Part shown: piece by piece, positions 37,164 to 49,519 of the stretch
Layout: each line of letters opens with the position of its first letter
How positions within the stretch are numbered: the first letter of the stretch is position 1
Source of the DNA: Octopus vulgaris
Lineage: Eukaryota
NCBI GenBank assembly: GCA_951406725.2
Contig: OX597814.1
Coordinates: forward strand, 70,060,001-70,124,000
Length of the DNA: 64,000 nt
Direction of reading: 5' to 3'
Notes under the pieces: generated by a model
What the model was told of the DNA's origin: nothing
Databases searched by the model: none
Seen by the model: only the letters and a program-made list of their open reading frames with translations
Program-made: the position numbers and the translations under genes

Positions 37164-37494
37164 CACATGTGCGCATACATACATACATACTCATACACAC
37201 ACACACATACACATACACACATATATATACACGTATATACACATAAGTACATACATGCATAAATGTATACAAATTTCTATACAAGTGCATACACATACAC
37301 ACACTCACGCGCCACCTTATATACATAAATACATACATGCATACAAACGCATACTCAAGTAATAAATAATAAGTAATAAATTATAAATAATAAGTATATA
37401 TACATGCAGTTACCCTTTATACAGACGGAAACATTCATATAAACATACACATATACATATATATATATATACATATATACATATATATATATAC

Positions 37495-37530
<36 letters not shown>

Positions 37531-37590
37531 CTATCTACACATGCATATATACACACATACATGCACATACGTATAACTCTACATACCTAC

Positions 37591-37641
<51 letters not shown>

Positions 37642-37728
37642 CATCTACACATCTGTATATACACACACATACATGCACATACACATAACTCTACATACCT
37701 ACATATACATCGACACACTAGCGTACAC

Positions 37729-37764
<36 letters not shown>

Positions 37765-37765
37765 T

Positions 37766-37838
<73 letters not shown>

Positions 37839-37849
37839 CACATATATAC

Positions 37850-37880
<31 letters not shown>

Positions 37881-37985
37881 CATACATACACACACACACA
37901 CACACATAATACATGCGTATATACCTACTATACCCATACATTTCTATACATATATACGATACACATATACAAGCGTACACATACA
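36020..37985. repeat. Compound CA/TA microsatellite with internal duplicated blocks
   Basis: Blocks at about 36480-36800 recur at about 37230-37600. Confidence 0.9.
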
Positions 37986-38175
37986 GTATGTGAAAGGTCT
38001 TAGGAGAAAAGGTAATCGGGGGTGCTAGGGGAACGGTGGGATTGGGGGGTTTGTGGGTGGGGTGTCGTCAATCTGGTTGCCGGGTAGGTCTATAGTTCTT
38101 GTAGTTTGCATAAGTCTTATGCATGCAATTTAAACCTGCCTAAATGTATAAATGCCAAAACAATTCTTGTTAACT

Positions 38176-38226
38176 AGCTTCCTGATGATTTCTCTTGAAT
38201 GAAACAGTTCTAGTCCTGTAGAAGCT
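38176..38226 (+). ncRNA. Type I hammerhead ribozyme motif
   Basis: AGCTTC-CTGATGA-tTTCtcttGAAt-GAAA-CAGttctagtcCTG-TA^GAAGCT. Confidence 0.72.
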
Positions 38227-38241
38227 CCTTCTATATAACAA

Positions 38242-38309
<68 letters not shown>

Positions 38310-38326
38310 CGAGCTGGCAGAAACGT

Positions 38327-38495
38327 TAGCACGCCGGGCGAAATGCGTAGCCGTATTTCGTCTGCCATTACGTTCTGAGTCCAAATACCACCGAGATCAA
38401 CTTTGCCTTTCATCCTTTTGGAGTTGATTAAATAAGTACCAGTTAAGTACTGGGGTCAATGTAGTCGACTTAATCCGTTTGTCTGTCCTTGTTTG
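38327..38495 (+). mobile_element. SINE (second family; related copies at 51538-51750 and 51758-51970)
   Basis: Shared gagctggcagaa..ttagca and caactttgcctttcatcctttt segments. Confidence 0.8.
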
Positions 38496-38497
38496 TC

Positions 38498-38530
<33 letters not shown>

Positions 38531-38531
<1 letters not shown>

Positions 38532-39845
38532 GGGAGTATAACTCCAAACTGACAGGGAAAAATTCAGTTTAGTATTAAATCAAATTTCACAGTATAAATA
38601 TATAAAATATAAAATATAAATTAGAGATAAAACCACTATTATGCATCTCAAACAGTGATAGACATAAACCAATACATAAATAACAAATAATATATATATT
38701 CAATATAATATATATATATATTTTTTTTTTTTTTTCAAAAAGTATAAAATGAATGATAAATATAATATAATAAGTAAAAACACTACGTACATTTCATGGC
38801 TATAATTAAATTCGAATTAAAATTATAGTCAATTTTCAGGTTAATGATAATAGTTAAATAAATAGAGTTAAACAATATTTATTTAAGAAATAAATAAAAT
38901 AATAATTTTTCTTATAGAAAAAACTCCATTATCTAAATTAGAAACTTAAAACATTAGGATTATTTCCTACAACCCATTTATTATGTTAAATATTTATTTT
39001 TAAGGTAAAAAAAGTAGATAGAAATATGTATTTATCTATGAAGATATAATATGGCTTTAAAAAAACATAATAAACTCTTGCATATCCTTAACTCAGTTAT
39101 AGTCCAATATTTAATTACCAAATTATTTAACAAAATAATCAATATTCATATTTTTAGATTTAAGTTCATATCTAATAATTATAAAATATTTAAAAATAAG
39201 TATCTAAATTATAATCAAAAAATATAGTAATTAAAATCTAAAATTTACTCTATCAATAAATATATAAGCATATAATAAAAAATAAATTAATTAATTAGTC
39301 CATTATTACTTACATAAATATTATAAATATCGGTATAATATATTTATGAAATACATTTAAAAATTAAAGATTAAAAATCAAATTAAAAATGTATAACCTA
39401 TCTTAAAAGAACTGTTTTACTATTTTACGATCTATATACCTCAGTGACTAAGTAATATCTTACAAATTACGTACGGAAAACCGTGTCATTGACTAAAATT
39501 TTAGTTAATGACACGGTTTTCGAAAGCTAAATAAACCTTTTCTATTTAAGATATTTTAAGAAGTTTTATTGTATTGTATTGTATACTATATAACTACTGA
39601 TTGTTAATTTGAATCTATAATTATTTAGTTATTGATAATATGTATTTAATTATTAGATTATGACTGTACTTATTATATATTTATCATTCATTATATACTT
39701 TTTGAAAAAAAAACATATATATATATATATATATTATATATTATATTAATTATATATATTATTTGTTATTTATGTATTGGTTTATGTCTATCACTGTTTG
39801 AGTTGCATAATAGTGGTTTTATCTCTAATTCATATTTTATATATA
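38531..39845. mobile_element. Extremely AT-rich element bounded by inverted repeats, probably a decayed PLE derivative
   Basis: About 38608-38770 is the reverse complement of about 39671-39840. Internal degenerate hammerhead-like hairpins. Confidence 0.5.
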
Positions 39846-40729
39846 TAAGGAACTGGATATCAAGTAGTGATGCAGTATGACCATTTCAAGTGGCTCCATT
39901 TAATTGAACAATGCAGTCATTACACCATTTTAAATGCAGTGCCATCTTCAGCTGCACAAATAAATAAATGGAATTTTAACAAGTAGGACACATTGATATA
40001 ATTTTTCTCAAATATTTTAACAGAGCAAAGTGATGGAAATATTTCATGTTGTTGCTGTTGTAGGTAAGAATAGACTGCAACTTCTAAGAATCTCATGGAG
40101 CATATTGAGGTCATAGGGTTGTAAGGGATTGTAATTCATTTCTAATTCATTTATCTCTTTATCAACTACTAAATCTAAGACTAGAAGACCGTGTCTATTT
40201 TAAATATACATATACATACACGTGTTTATATATCATCATCATCATCGTTTAACATATGCTAGCATGGGTAGGATGGTTTCACAAGAACCACCCAGGCAGA
40301 AGCCTGCACTAGACTTCTGTGACCGTTTGACAGGATTTTTACAGTTGGATGTCCTTCCCAATGCCAACCACTCGGCAGAGTGAATTTCATGCTTTTTACA
40401 TGTTATAAGCTCAGGCGAGGTCAGTTTTGGCAAGGTTTTTACAGCTGGAGTCCCTTACAGTGTGGACTGGGTGCTTTTAAGTGGCACCTGCACTGATAGG
40501 GTCACCAAGACAAAACAAAAAAAACTTTCAAGAGGGGAACAGACATTGGAGGAGGGGATATATATAGGTGCAGGAGTGGCTGTGTGGTAAGTAGCTTGCT
40601 TATCAACCACATGGTTCTGGTTTCAGTCTCACTACATGGCACCTTGGGCAAGTGTCTTCTACTATAGCCTTGGACCAACCAAAGCCTTGTGAGTGGGTTT
40701 GGTAGACAGAAACTGAAAGAAACCCCTTG

Positions 40730-40762
<33 letters not shown>

Positions 40763-40961
40763 ATGTATATGTTTGTGTCTGTGTTTGTCTCCCACCATTG
40801 CTTGACAACCAATGCTGGTATGTTTACATCCCCATAACTTAGAAGTTCAGCAAAAGAGACCAATAGAATAAGTGCTAGACTTACAAAGAATAAATCCTGG
40901 GATTGATTTGTTCGACTAAATGCAGTACTCCAGCATGACTGCAGTCAAATGACTGAAACAA

Positions 40962-41008
<47 letters not shown>

Positions 41009-41097
41009 TACGTTTAGATATATGCATATATATATATATATATATATATAGCATAATTAAATCTCAGAATGAGATTGAAACAGTAATCGCTCGATAA

Positions 41098-41297
41098 TGT
41101 AAAGTATAGAAGCCATCTTATCATGGCTAACCACATTGGGGAGGGGGTGTTACTGTAGCTTTATAGCCCCAAGAGATATTCGTCTGATATTGTGTCTAAA
41201 GCCAGCTAGAGACGAAGATCTCTTGGGGCTATAAAGCTACAGTAACACCCCCTCCCCAATGTGGTTAGCCATGATAAGATGGCTTCTATACTTTACA
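41098..41297. repeat. Near-perfect hairpin, 88-bp arms and 24-nt loop
   Basis: 41098-41185 versus 41210-41297; one mismatch seen. Confidence 0.92.
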
Positions 41298-41944
41298 ATA
41301 TATATATATGTATACATGTTTATGTTTTCGTATATATATGTGTATGCTAATACTCTCATAAGCATGCGAGTGTTAACTGGAATATGTACTCTTTTAAGTT
41401 TATATATATCTCTATTTATTCAGAGATTCATGTTTGTCAGTTTCTATATATTTATTTTTTATTCTCTTTTTTTATCATTTTTTGTTTCTCTTGTATGTAA
41501 ATCAGTTACAGTTTCCTGAGTACCATTTTGTACCTGACTATTTGTGTAGACCATTTTAAAATCAATTATCTATCATAATTACATATTTACATAAACGATG
41601 TTTTATGTCAGTGAAACAGCTGTTGAACAGTATGTGAAATTTATTCTTTTTTACTTTTTATTCTAAATATATTGATCTCAACAATCATTTTAACCATCTC
41701 TGTATATTTGTGTAAATTAGTTTCACTAGGATTTACTACATTGTAATAAATGTGTTGGAGATTAACAATATATTATTAATTAAACTCTTAATTTCCATGG
41801 GTTTTTTTTTTTTGTTCATACATCAATTTTATACATCCCTCTTTTACACACACTTTCATAAATATATATGCAGTAATTAAATAACTTGAAATTAAATTGG
41901 CTAATAGATAAGACACAGTAACTTCATTTAATTTACTCTTTTAG

Positions 41945-42054
41945 GAATTTTATTCTGACCTCAAGAACAGCATTGGAGAAAAACAGAAATTGCCAAAAGA
42001 TCTGGTGCTGCAATCTTTAACAGATGTTAGTACTGACATATTTAATAAGCTCAG
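41945..42054 (+). CDS. CARMIL: Internal coding exon of a CARMIL/LRRC16-like gene (EFYSDLKNSIGEKQKLPKDLVLQSLTDVSTDIFNKL)
   Basis: tttttAG acceptor and CAG|GTTAGT donor. 110 nt, phase 0-2, stop-free. Resembles the recalled vertebrate CARMIL1 segment ...EKISIP...GIDILNKI. Confidence 0.85.
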
Positions 42055-42230
42055 GTTAGTTTTTTACTATTATTGTGTAAATGTTTTACGACATGGAAGA
42101 AAAATATGTTTATACCATATTATAACTCTTTTTTTTAGTTTGATGATCATTTGAGTAAAACTATAGTTGCTCACTCTTACTATAAAGAAATACCAAGAAA
42201 ATTTGTGCAAGAGGTAGATTGTATGAAGCA

Positions 42231-42830
42231 TCTCTTATTATAAAAGGCAGATTTTATCTGCCTCCCTTTGTCTCTTATAGAAATCTACAATATAGGATTT
42301 CTTCAATTACAATTTACCTAGCATTTTTAAGAGTAGAATACATCGGGTCGTGCCAGGTCCGGTTTTTAAAATTTCAACCCCAATTAAGCAAAATTTCGAG
42401 AAAACTCACATTGTGGTGTGTAAGTCAAGTGCTTTTCTTAGTGTGGGCTACAGCACACACACACACACACACAAAAACGCAGCGATCTGCTTCACTCACG
42501 CTATCACCCTAATTTCTCCTCCTTTCTCTTTGCAAGTGTGCAACGATTAAAGTGAAAGTATTTATATAAAACGGATCACTCATGCTATCACCCTAATTTC
42601 TCATACTTTCTCTTTGCAAGTGTACCTTAAACCACTAATAAAAAAAAAAACACAGCAAACAGAAACAAATAAATACATAACGATTTACTCCTCACACAAT
42701 TTCTTCAATTACAGTTTACCTATGATTTTTACAAGTACTTCCATTCGGTCATGCCATATAAAATTTCTTTCAATTTCACTCCCAATTAAGACAAAATTCG
42801 AGAAAACTCAATATTTTAACATTTCACTCC
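42231..42830 (+). mobile_element. Non-autonomous Helitron-like element, 5' portion
   Basis: A|TC start with hairpin. Homologous to 700-1035 (-). The 3' boundary is uncertain. Confidence 0.6.
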
Positions 42831-43637
42831 GAAAGCATTGATGTACATGTGTGTGTGCGTGAGTGTGTGTGTGTGTGTGTTTAATGGGGTGTGCGACACA
42901 GAAAGTGTGGTGTGGAAGTGAAGTGCTTTTGTTAGTGTATGTAAAGAGACAGAGAGAGTAATGTTGTGCTGTGTGTGTATGTGTGAAAGACAGAGATAAC
43001 TGAACTTCTTTATTCACTTTTTGTAGTGAGTGACTGAGAGAGAAAAGAGAGAGAGAGGTTATGTATGTATATATGTATGTATGGCTTCAGTGACACACAC
43101 ACAAAAACAAATACCTACGTACACCTAAAGCACGCACACACACACACACACACAAGCGGAGCGCGAACTTCAAAAGAACTTCGCGCGCTATCTATCTGGT
43201 TTGCCATTCCTCACACACACGCATACACATACATATATGACAGTGACAAACACAAACGTTTCAAACAACTACATACAAACACTCAAACATACACACACGT
43301 GTGTGTTTGTTATTAGTAAAAAAGGCGCCAAACACAACTCACTTCTCATTCGAACACATTTGCAAAAACACACCGACGGTCGGATTGCCATAACAATACA
43401 GAAAAGGTAAATTGGTTTTTAATTTACTTTCTGTCGTTAAATTTTGGTAGTATTAATTGGCGAGCGTACTTCTGTTGTCAATTGTTGACAGAAAGAAATT
43501 GTAAGCTAATAATGTGTGTGTGTGTGTGTAGGAAGTGAAGGATAAAAATATTGCAAGAAGTGGACAGATGTACATATATACATCCATACATACATGTGTG
43601 TGTGTGTCTATGTATGTGTATTAATGTGTGTGTGTTA

Positions 43638-43995
43638 TCTCTATATAAAGCTGAAGTTGTCTGTGTGCGCCACATTTGGTAACCTTCAACTAACACTATC
43701 TCCTCCGAGACCCTGCAGCGCAAGTTGACCAAAATTGAGAGTATGATAGAAGAAGGGTTGCTCTTCCTTCCGTAGAACATAAAATTCAAATCGGACCATG
43801 TTAACACCAAAAATTATTTACATCAAAAAGCTGCTTTTTTCTATGAAAATCCCTATTTTTTACGATTTTTTCACTGCTGTGTCGCCACTTTTCGGTATAT
43901 TTCGACCAGAAAAATGTTCACAAAATTTTTACTTTTCAAAATTACAATTCCAGCGGGTCGAAACAAACCCGAGCAACGCCGGGCGATACTGCTAG
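43638..43995 (+). mobile_element. Non-autonomous Helitron, both termini present
   Basis: A|TC start, CCCG..CGGG hairpin at 43968-43983, CTAG|T end, no TSD. Confidence 0.85.
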
Positions 43996-44989
43996 TGTAT
44001 AATAAAAGTAATTCTGTGCTACAGAGGGATTTTGACATTGAATGTGGAAGCTCCGCAGAATATGAATAAAACTGAGGCAAGCATAATCTTTTGGCTGTAT
44101 AATGTTAAGCTGCATGAAATGCAGGGCTCAAATGAGCTAAAAGAGCAACTAAATATTAAAAGCATCAGCCAGAATGTAAAGGAGAGACAGTGCTGGTATG
44201 GAGAAGGAATTTTGTGGAGAATATCTCTAAAAGATTAAAACTCATTTGTATTCACATTTCATGGCCACTTTACTCTCAAAATATTTTCCCATTATGCACC
44301 AGTTCGGCTGTGTAACATTGCAAGGAAGCAAGATTGAACTTCATTTTCAATAGTATATAGATTGGTGATTGATATCAACCACTAATGTTGATTATTTGCA
44401 TCTTTTTTCTGATTCAGGAATCAGGCCTCTTTAAGAATAGAATTATTTATTACACATATGTATAAGGTATTGGTATATATCAGGCAACATAGTAGTGGTC
44501 TAGTACAGAATGATAATAGGATAATGCTGTTGTACGATGGTGAGAGGAGTTGCTATGCTAAGAGAAGTAAAGCTAAGTTATGAAGTATGAACAGGTAGAA
44601 GGAAGTGATACTTGAGAAGTAGCAATTAGCAATGGGATAACTAAAAGCTAAGAATGAAAGATGACAGAATTGAACAATGAAAAGAAAACTATGGAAAATG
44701 TGGAAAAATGACAAAATGAAAAATTTAAAAATTAAAATTTAAAAGATAACAAGAAGCTGAGATAGTGTGAGAGGTTTTAATATATTACGTGAACAGTCAG
44801 GAGGCCTTTGGAAATCCTCATTTGAAAATCCCAGAAAGTTTTTTTTTTCTTCAAAAATTCAAAAGGTCTAAATTGTTTTTTGAGAGGTAGGTAGATAGAT
44901 AAAACATATCTGGAAGCATGAATCTCAACAGGCACACATACAGAAGCTTCCTAGCACACAACTCCTCCACACCACAGTTCTGTTGCCTA

Positions 44990-46560
44990 ATAAAAAATAA
45001 AGAAGCAACTCAAAGTATGTCTGATTGTCACCAGCACAAGATCCCCTCTCTGGAAGCTGGAATGGCTTGTAGCATGGCTACCTAGGCCACCACTGACACA
45101 GATACCAGCACACCTTAAGAACAGCTTGCAACTCATCGAACTGCTATGTGGGCTCCTGCCCAGAATTGTCTCAAACAATGACTATGCTTTCAACCTGGAT
45201 GAATGGTCCTTGTATACCAGCATATCACTGGCTGAAGACATTCTAACAATCCAAGAATGACTAGAGTGAGGCCAGACATTGACCAAAGACTTCCCACCAG
45301 CAGGCCTCAAATCCATCCTAGATTTCTGCACTGGTAACACATACTTCCAGTACAAAAACACCACATACCAACAATGCAGCAGCCTTCCAACAGGATCCTG
45401 ATTCAGTGGCATCCTCGTCACCCTTACCCTAGACAAACTGGAGTACCAAGCACTCCATGCAGGACAATACATCATCCTATATCGAAGATACATCAATGAT
45501 GCCTCTGTCTTAACCAAATCCAGGGATCAGGACCCTTAACATCTTTAACAGCCTCCACCACAACAGCCAATTCAATGTTGAACACCCAGACACAAATGGC
45601 CTGCTGAGTCTCTTGGACGTCACATCAGGACATGCCACAATCCACTTCTTCAAGAAAGGAGAAGAAAGACATTTTCCTCCTTTCTGATTCAGCATATTCA
45701 CAGACGTTGAAACATAATGAAGTTTTTAATGAGTTCATCTGCCACATATACAGATGCAACGAGGCTGATGTAAAAGACAATGTAAGGGCAGATTTTATCA
45801 GGATGCTGTACAGTAGAGGATACAAGCCCAGGTTCATAGAGAAACAACTACCGACAAACCAATGACATTAATAACAACAACAGAAGGAAAGGGGAAAGTA
45901 AACAAAGTGAAAGGGAAAGAGAAAAGCAAAAAGGGTTAAATGGCCATATGTCAACCTTCCATACTACAGAGAATGGATTGCAAACAAACTAAGGAATGAT
46001 GTCAGAATCATAAGGCAAGGTCATATCCTCAGACACTACCTCTCCCACAACAACAACATACAGAATACATGCTGTCTGAACCACTTCCCCATCAAAACCA
46101 AACAGTCAGCCAACAATGACTTGTATTAGTGGAGATAAATGTATTGGATTGATTAAACGACACCTTCATGTCAGAGTGGAAGAACATTTTCACAAGGCCA
46201 TGACACCCAGTGCTGTATTCCCACACCACCAACACTGCAATGGGGAGTTCTCCACCTGGATACTGGCCAGGGGAACAGATGCAGTCAACCTTCAAATAAA
46301 GGAGGCACATTTCATCAAGAAGAAGGTGCCCAGCCTCAATTGCCAGAATATATTTGATGGCTGGAAGTTCATTTACTGCCTTTGAAGCCTCTAACCAGCA
46401 CCAGCTGTAATAAATGCCAACACCAGCAGTAGTAAATGCCAATGCTAGCAGTAATAACCATGGAAAGTCTGATGAAGGATTATAGATCCAAAAGCACTTA
46501 TTTAACCCATTAACTCAAGAACTAGCAATAAGGCAGACCACATACAAACAGTAGGTCCTT
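44990..46560 (+). pseudogene. Degenerate Penelope-like element (Penelope/Poseidon-like)
   Basis: LDEWSLYTSI, YQQ..LPTGS, YRRYIND, LSLLDV, GIY-YIG remnant ..LQIKEAHFIKKKVPSLN. Decayed hammerhead CTGATGAaGGAT..ATCCaaaa at 46469-46495. Confidence 0.75.
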
Positions 46561-47544
46561 TCTCTGTATTTATCTATCTATCTATCTATCTATATATCTA
46601 TCTATCTACCTCTCAAAGAATCATTAGACCTTTTAACTTTGAACTTTGATAAATGGAAAATATCTGTCTCTCTATTTACATCTCAAAAAACTGTTAGACC
46701 TTTTGAACATTTGAAGAAAAAAAACTTTCTGGTTTCTATGGTTAGAGCCCTTGCTCATGCCACTTTCTTCACAGAGTGTACACATGTGTGTATCTTGCAA
46801 GACAGAAAAGAAGAGAGGAAACGAAAAAATCTGCTACTACTAAGAGCAAGTATTTAGAAGTGAAAGGTGTAGGTAGGTGGCTGTATGACTGATGTTGAAA
46901 GGCTAAAGTATGATAGAGGGACAAGCACAGGTGTCCTGCTATAGAGGAGGTACACGGCTGAAAGAAATAAGAGGAAGATAGTGATGGGGTGCTAGAACAA
47001 ACTCTCAAAGAACAAGGAAGTGAGCATGAGAGAGTGGATACTTTCAAATATAGTTTGAAGGGAGTAAACAGGTGGAGGTAGAGATTAATGTAGAGGAGAA
47101 TGAACTAGGATGAGGGTGCAGATGATGGGAAATAACCATTATGTATAGGGGTAAGGTGGGATATATAGAAGTAGCCCAAGAAGGCTAGAACAGTAAGTAA
47201 TAGGATGATGTGCAAAGTGTAGGAGCAGTGGAGAAGGAGATATAGAGATTTAGGAGCTGTGGTAGGTGGCTCATGATAGTAGATATAATAGTTGAAGAAG
47301 GTACTTTGAATACCCAGAAATGGGGTGATTGGTTGAAATAGTGTTGGCAGTGATGATGAGGAAGGGAAGTGGGGAAGATGAGAGACCATTGTGGAAAAGA
47401 TGGGATGTACCAATTCTGTGAGTGGAGAATGGAGTGGGTAACAGAGCCTTGCATGAACATTCAGGCTAAACTGAGTGGTTTTAGGATGTCATTTTGGTGT
47501 GTGCATATGTATGTATACATAAACACACACATGCATGCGTATTT

Positions 47545-47710
47545 CATCATCGTTTAACATCCGTTCTCCATGCTAGCATGGGTTGGACAGTTCGACCGGG
47601 GATCTGGGAAGCCAGAAGGCTGCACCAGGCTCCGGTCTTATCTGGCAATGTTTCTACAGCTGGATGCCCTTCCTAACGCCAACCACTCTGTGAGTGTAGT
47701 GGGTGCTTTT
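47545..47710 (-). mobile_element. RTE 3' tail fragment (similar fragment at 40235-40500)
   Basis: catcatcgtttaacatccgttctccatgctagcatggg is the reverse complement of the tail at 59840-59880. Confidence 0.8.
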
Positions 47711-49519
47711 TAAATAAATAAATAAATAATAGCAACTGTTGTGATCAGTTCAATACTTGAATGTGTGTAATTTATGCTCATATGAAGACAACATACCAAA
47801 TATTGGAAAATTTCAGCTACAGAGTGTGTTAAGATTACAGATGAACATTTCTACATGTTTCAATCATTTGCAGCATATCTATACATAAGATACCTACATT
47901 GTATCATATAAATACAGCACTGTAATGTTACACACATAAACAAATAAACCAAGTAACATTTCTAAAGAATTCACAAGAAAATACAGTGCTTGATATATAT
48001 GTCTCAATACAAATGTAGAATTAAAAATCTGAAAGGAAAAATTACCCAAGCTATGAACAACTTTAAATTTAATTCTGACAAAACTTTTAAAGTAGATCAT
48101 TGTCTATTCATAGATATTTGTATTTGTTTTTTAAAATAAACAAAGTCATCATGGCTAAACGCATGTCTCCTTTGACCAAATCATGACTACAGTTACTGTA
48201 TACAATGGACCTGTGTTCTTAACACAGACTTATATGAAGTACATATACAATTTGACTCCTCAAAAGTTTGGTTTTATGGAAAGGCTAAAAAATTCGGGGA
48301 ATTCCAAACACCCATGATTATATTTTCACCCAAAATATTTAAATGAAGAAGCAGAATGTATCATTAGATGTAAATTGATGTATCTAACAGAAATGACTGA
48401 TTCAAAGCAGGTTGGCACTATGAAGCCAGCCATTGAAGATAATAATCCCACTTCCATTGTTGGGCAGATAGGACAGTCAGCTAAACTTAGCAGTAAACAA
48501 CACACTAATAATTTGGCTGAAATCCATATCTATACTGTACAAACAGAAAACCAAAAACTTGTGTATGATTTACAAGTGGTTTGAGATGATATTTTTGAAC
48601 AGCTCCATAACCTTATTTTGAATGACAGGCCTTATAACACTAGTATAAGTAAAGAACCCAATAAATTAGCATTAGAAGCAGTAAATGAAATAGCAAAAAA
48701 AATGAAGATCATACAGTCTTGAGGGATGAAAACAATCTACAAAATCATTAACCTTTTCCTATTATATCTGAAGACTACACAGTCTTGAACTATGAAACCA
48801 ATCTATAAAATCATTAACCTTTTGCTATATGTCTCAGCTATTAAATTATTAGCATATTGTGAAGAGTTGAAGCCACACAATTGAAATTCAAGCAGAAAGT
48901 CTGAAACCAGTATAACACAGAACTTAAAAAATAAAATTTTATTCCTGCATGAAAATATCTCACAGATGATTGTAGTTATGAAACGTAACACAAACAATAG
49001 CTTCACATGACATGAGGAAGATCACAGAAAAAGTTAGTGAGGCAGTTAGGTGATATAGGGATACATAAGGGGCTAAACTCCAAACTGCACCAGTTGAAAC
49101 AACTCACAGCTGCAGCTGAGAATCTAAAATATAAATCTACAGCATATAAACAGTAAATGTTCAATAGATTATTTGCCAGGGATCCCATTTCTGTTTACCA
49201 CAGCTTCAATGAGGAAGGATTAGTCTCTATAAAAGACACCCCTACAAATGATCAGGTTGAGGACTGCTGGAAAATCAATGATGAATTCAACAGATAAGCT
49301 GTGTGTCTAAAAAAACTGGAGCAGGACTACTGCTAGCATGAAATAGATAGCAAAATACTTGAAATAGTTATTCAGAAAATGTCTAACAGAAAATACCCAG
49401 TCCCAGACCTCATAACAAGTTACTGGCTGAAGAATTTCACCTTTGATTTGCAAGATCAGGTAGCAAGCTGGCAAAATCATTAGCTTGCTGGACAAAATGT
49501 TTAGCAGTATTTCACCCAT

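Noticed and set aside
35771-38028. His/Thr/Tyr/Ile- and Val/Cys/Met-rich ORFs
   Set aside because: CA/TA microsatellite artefacts.
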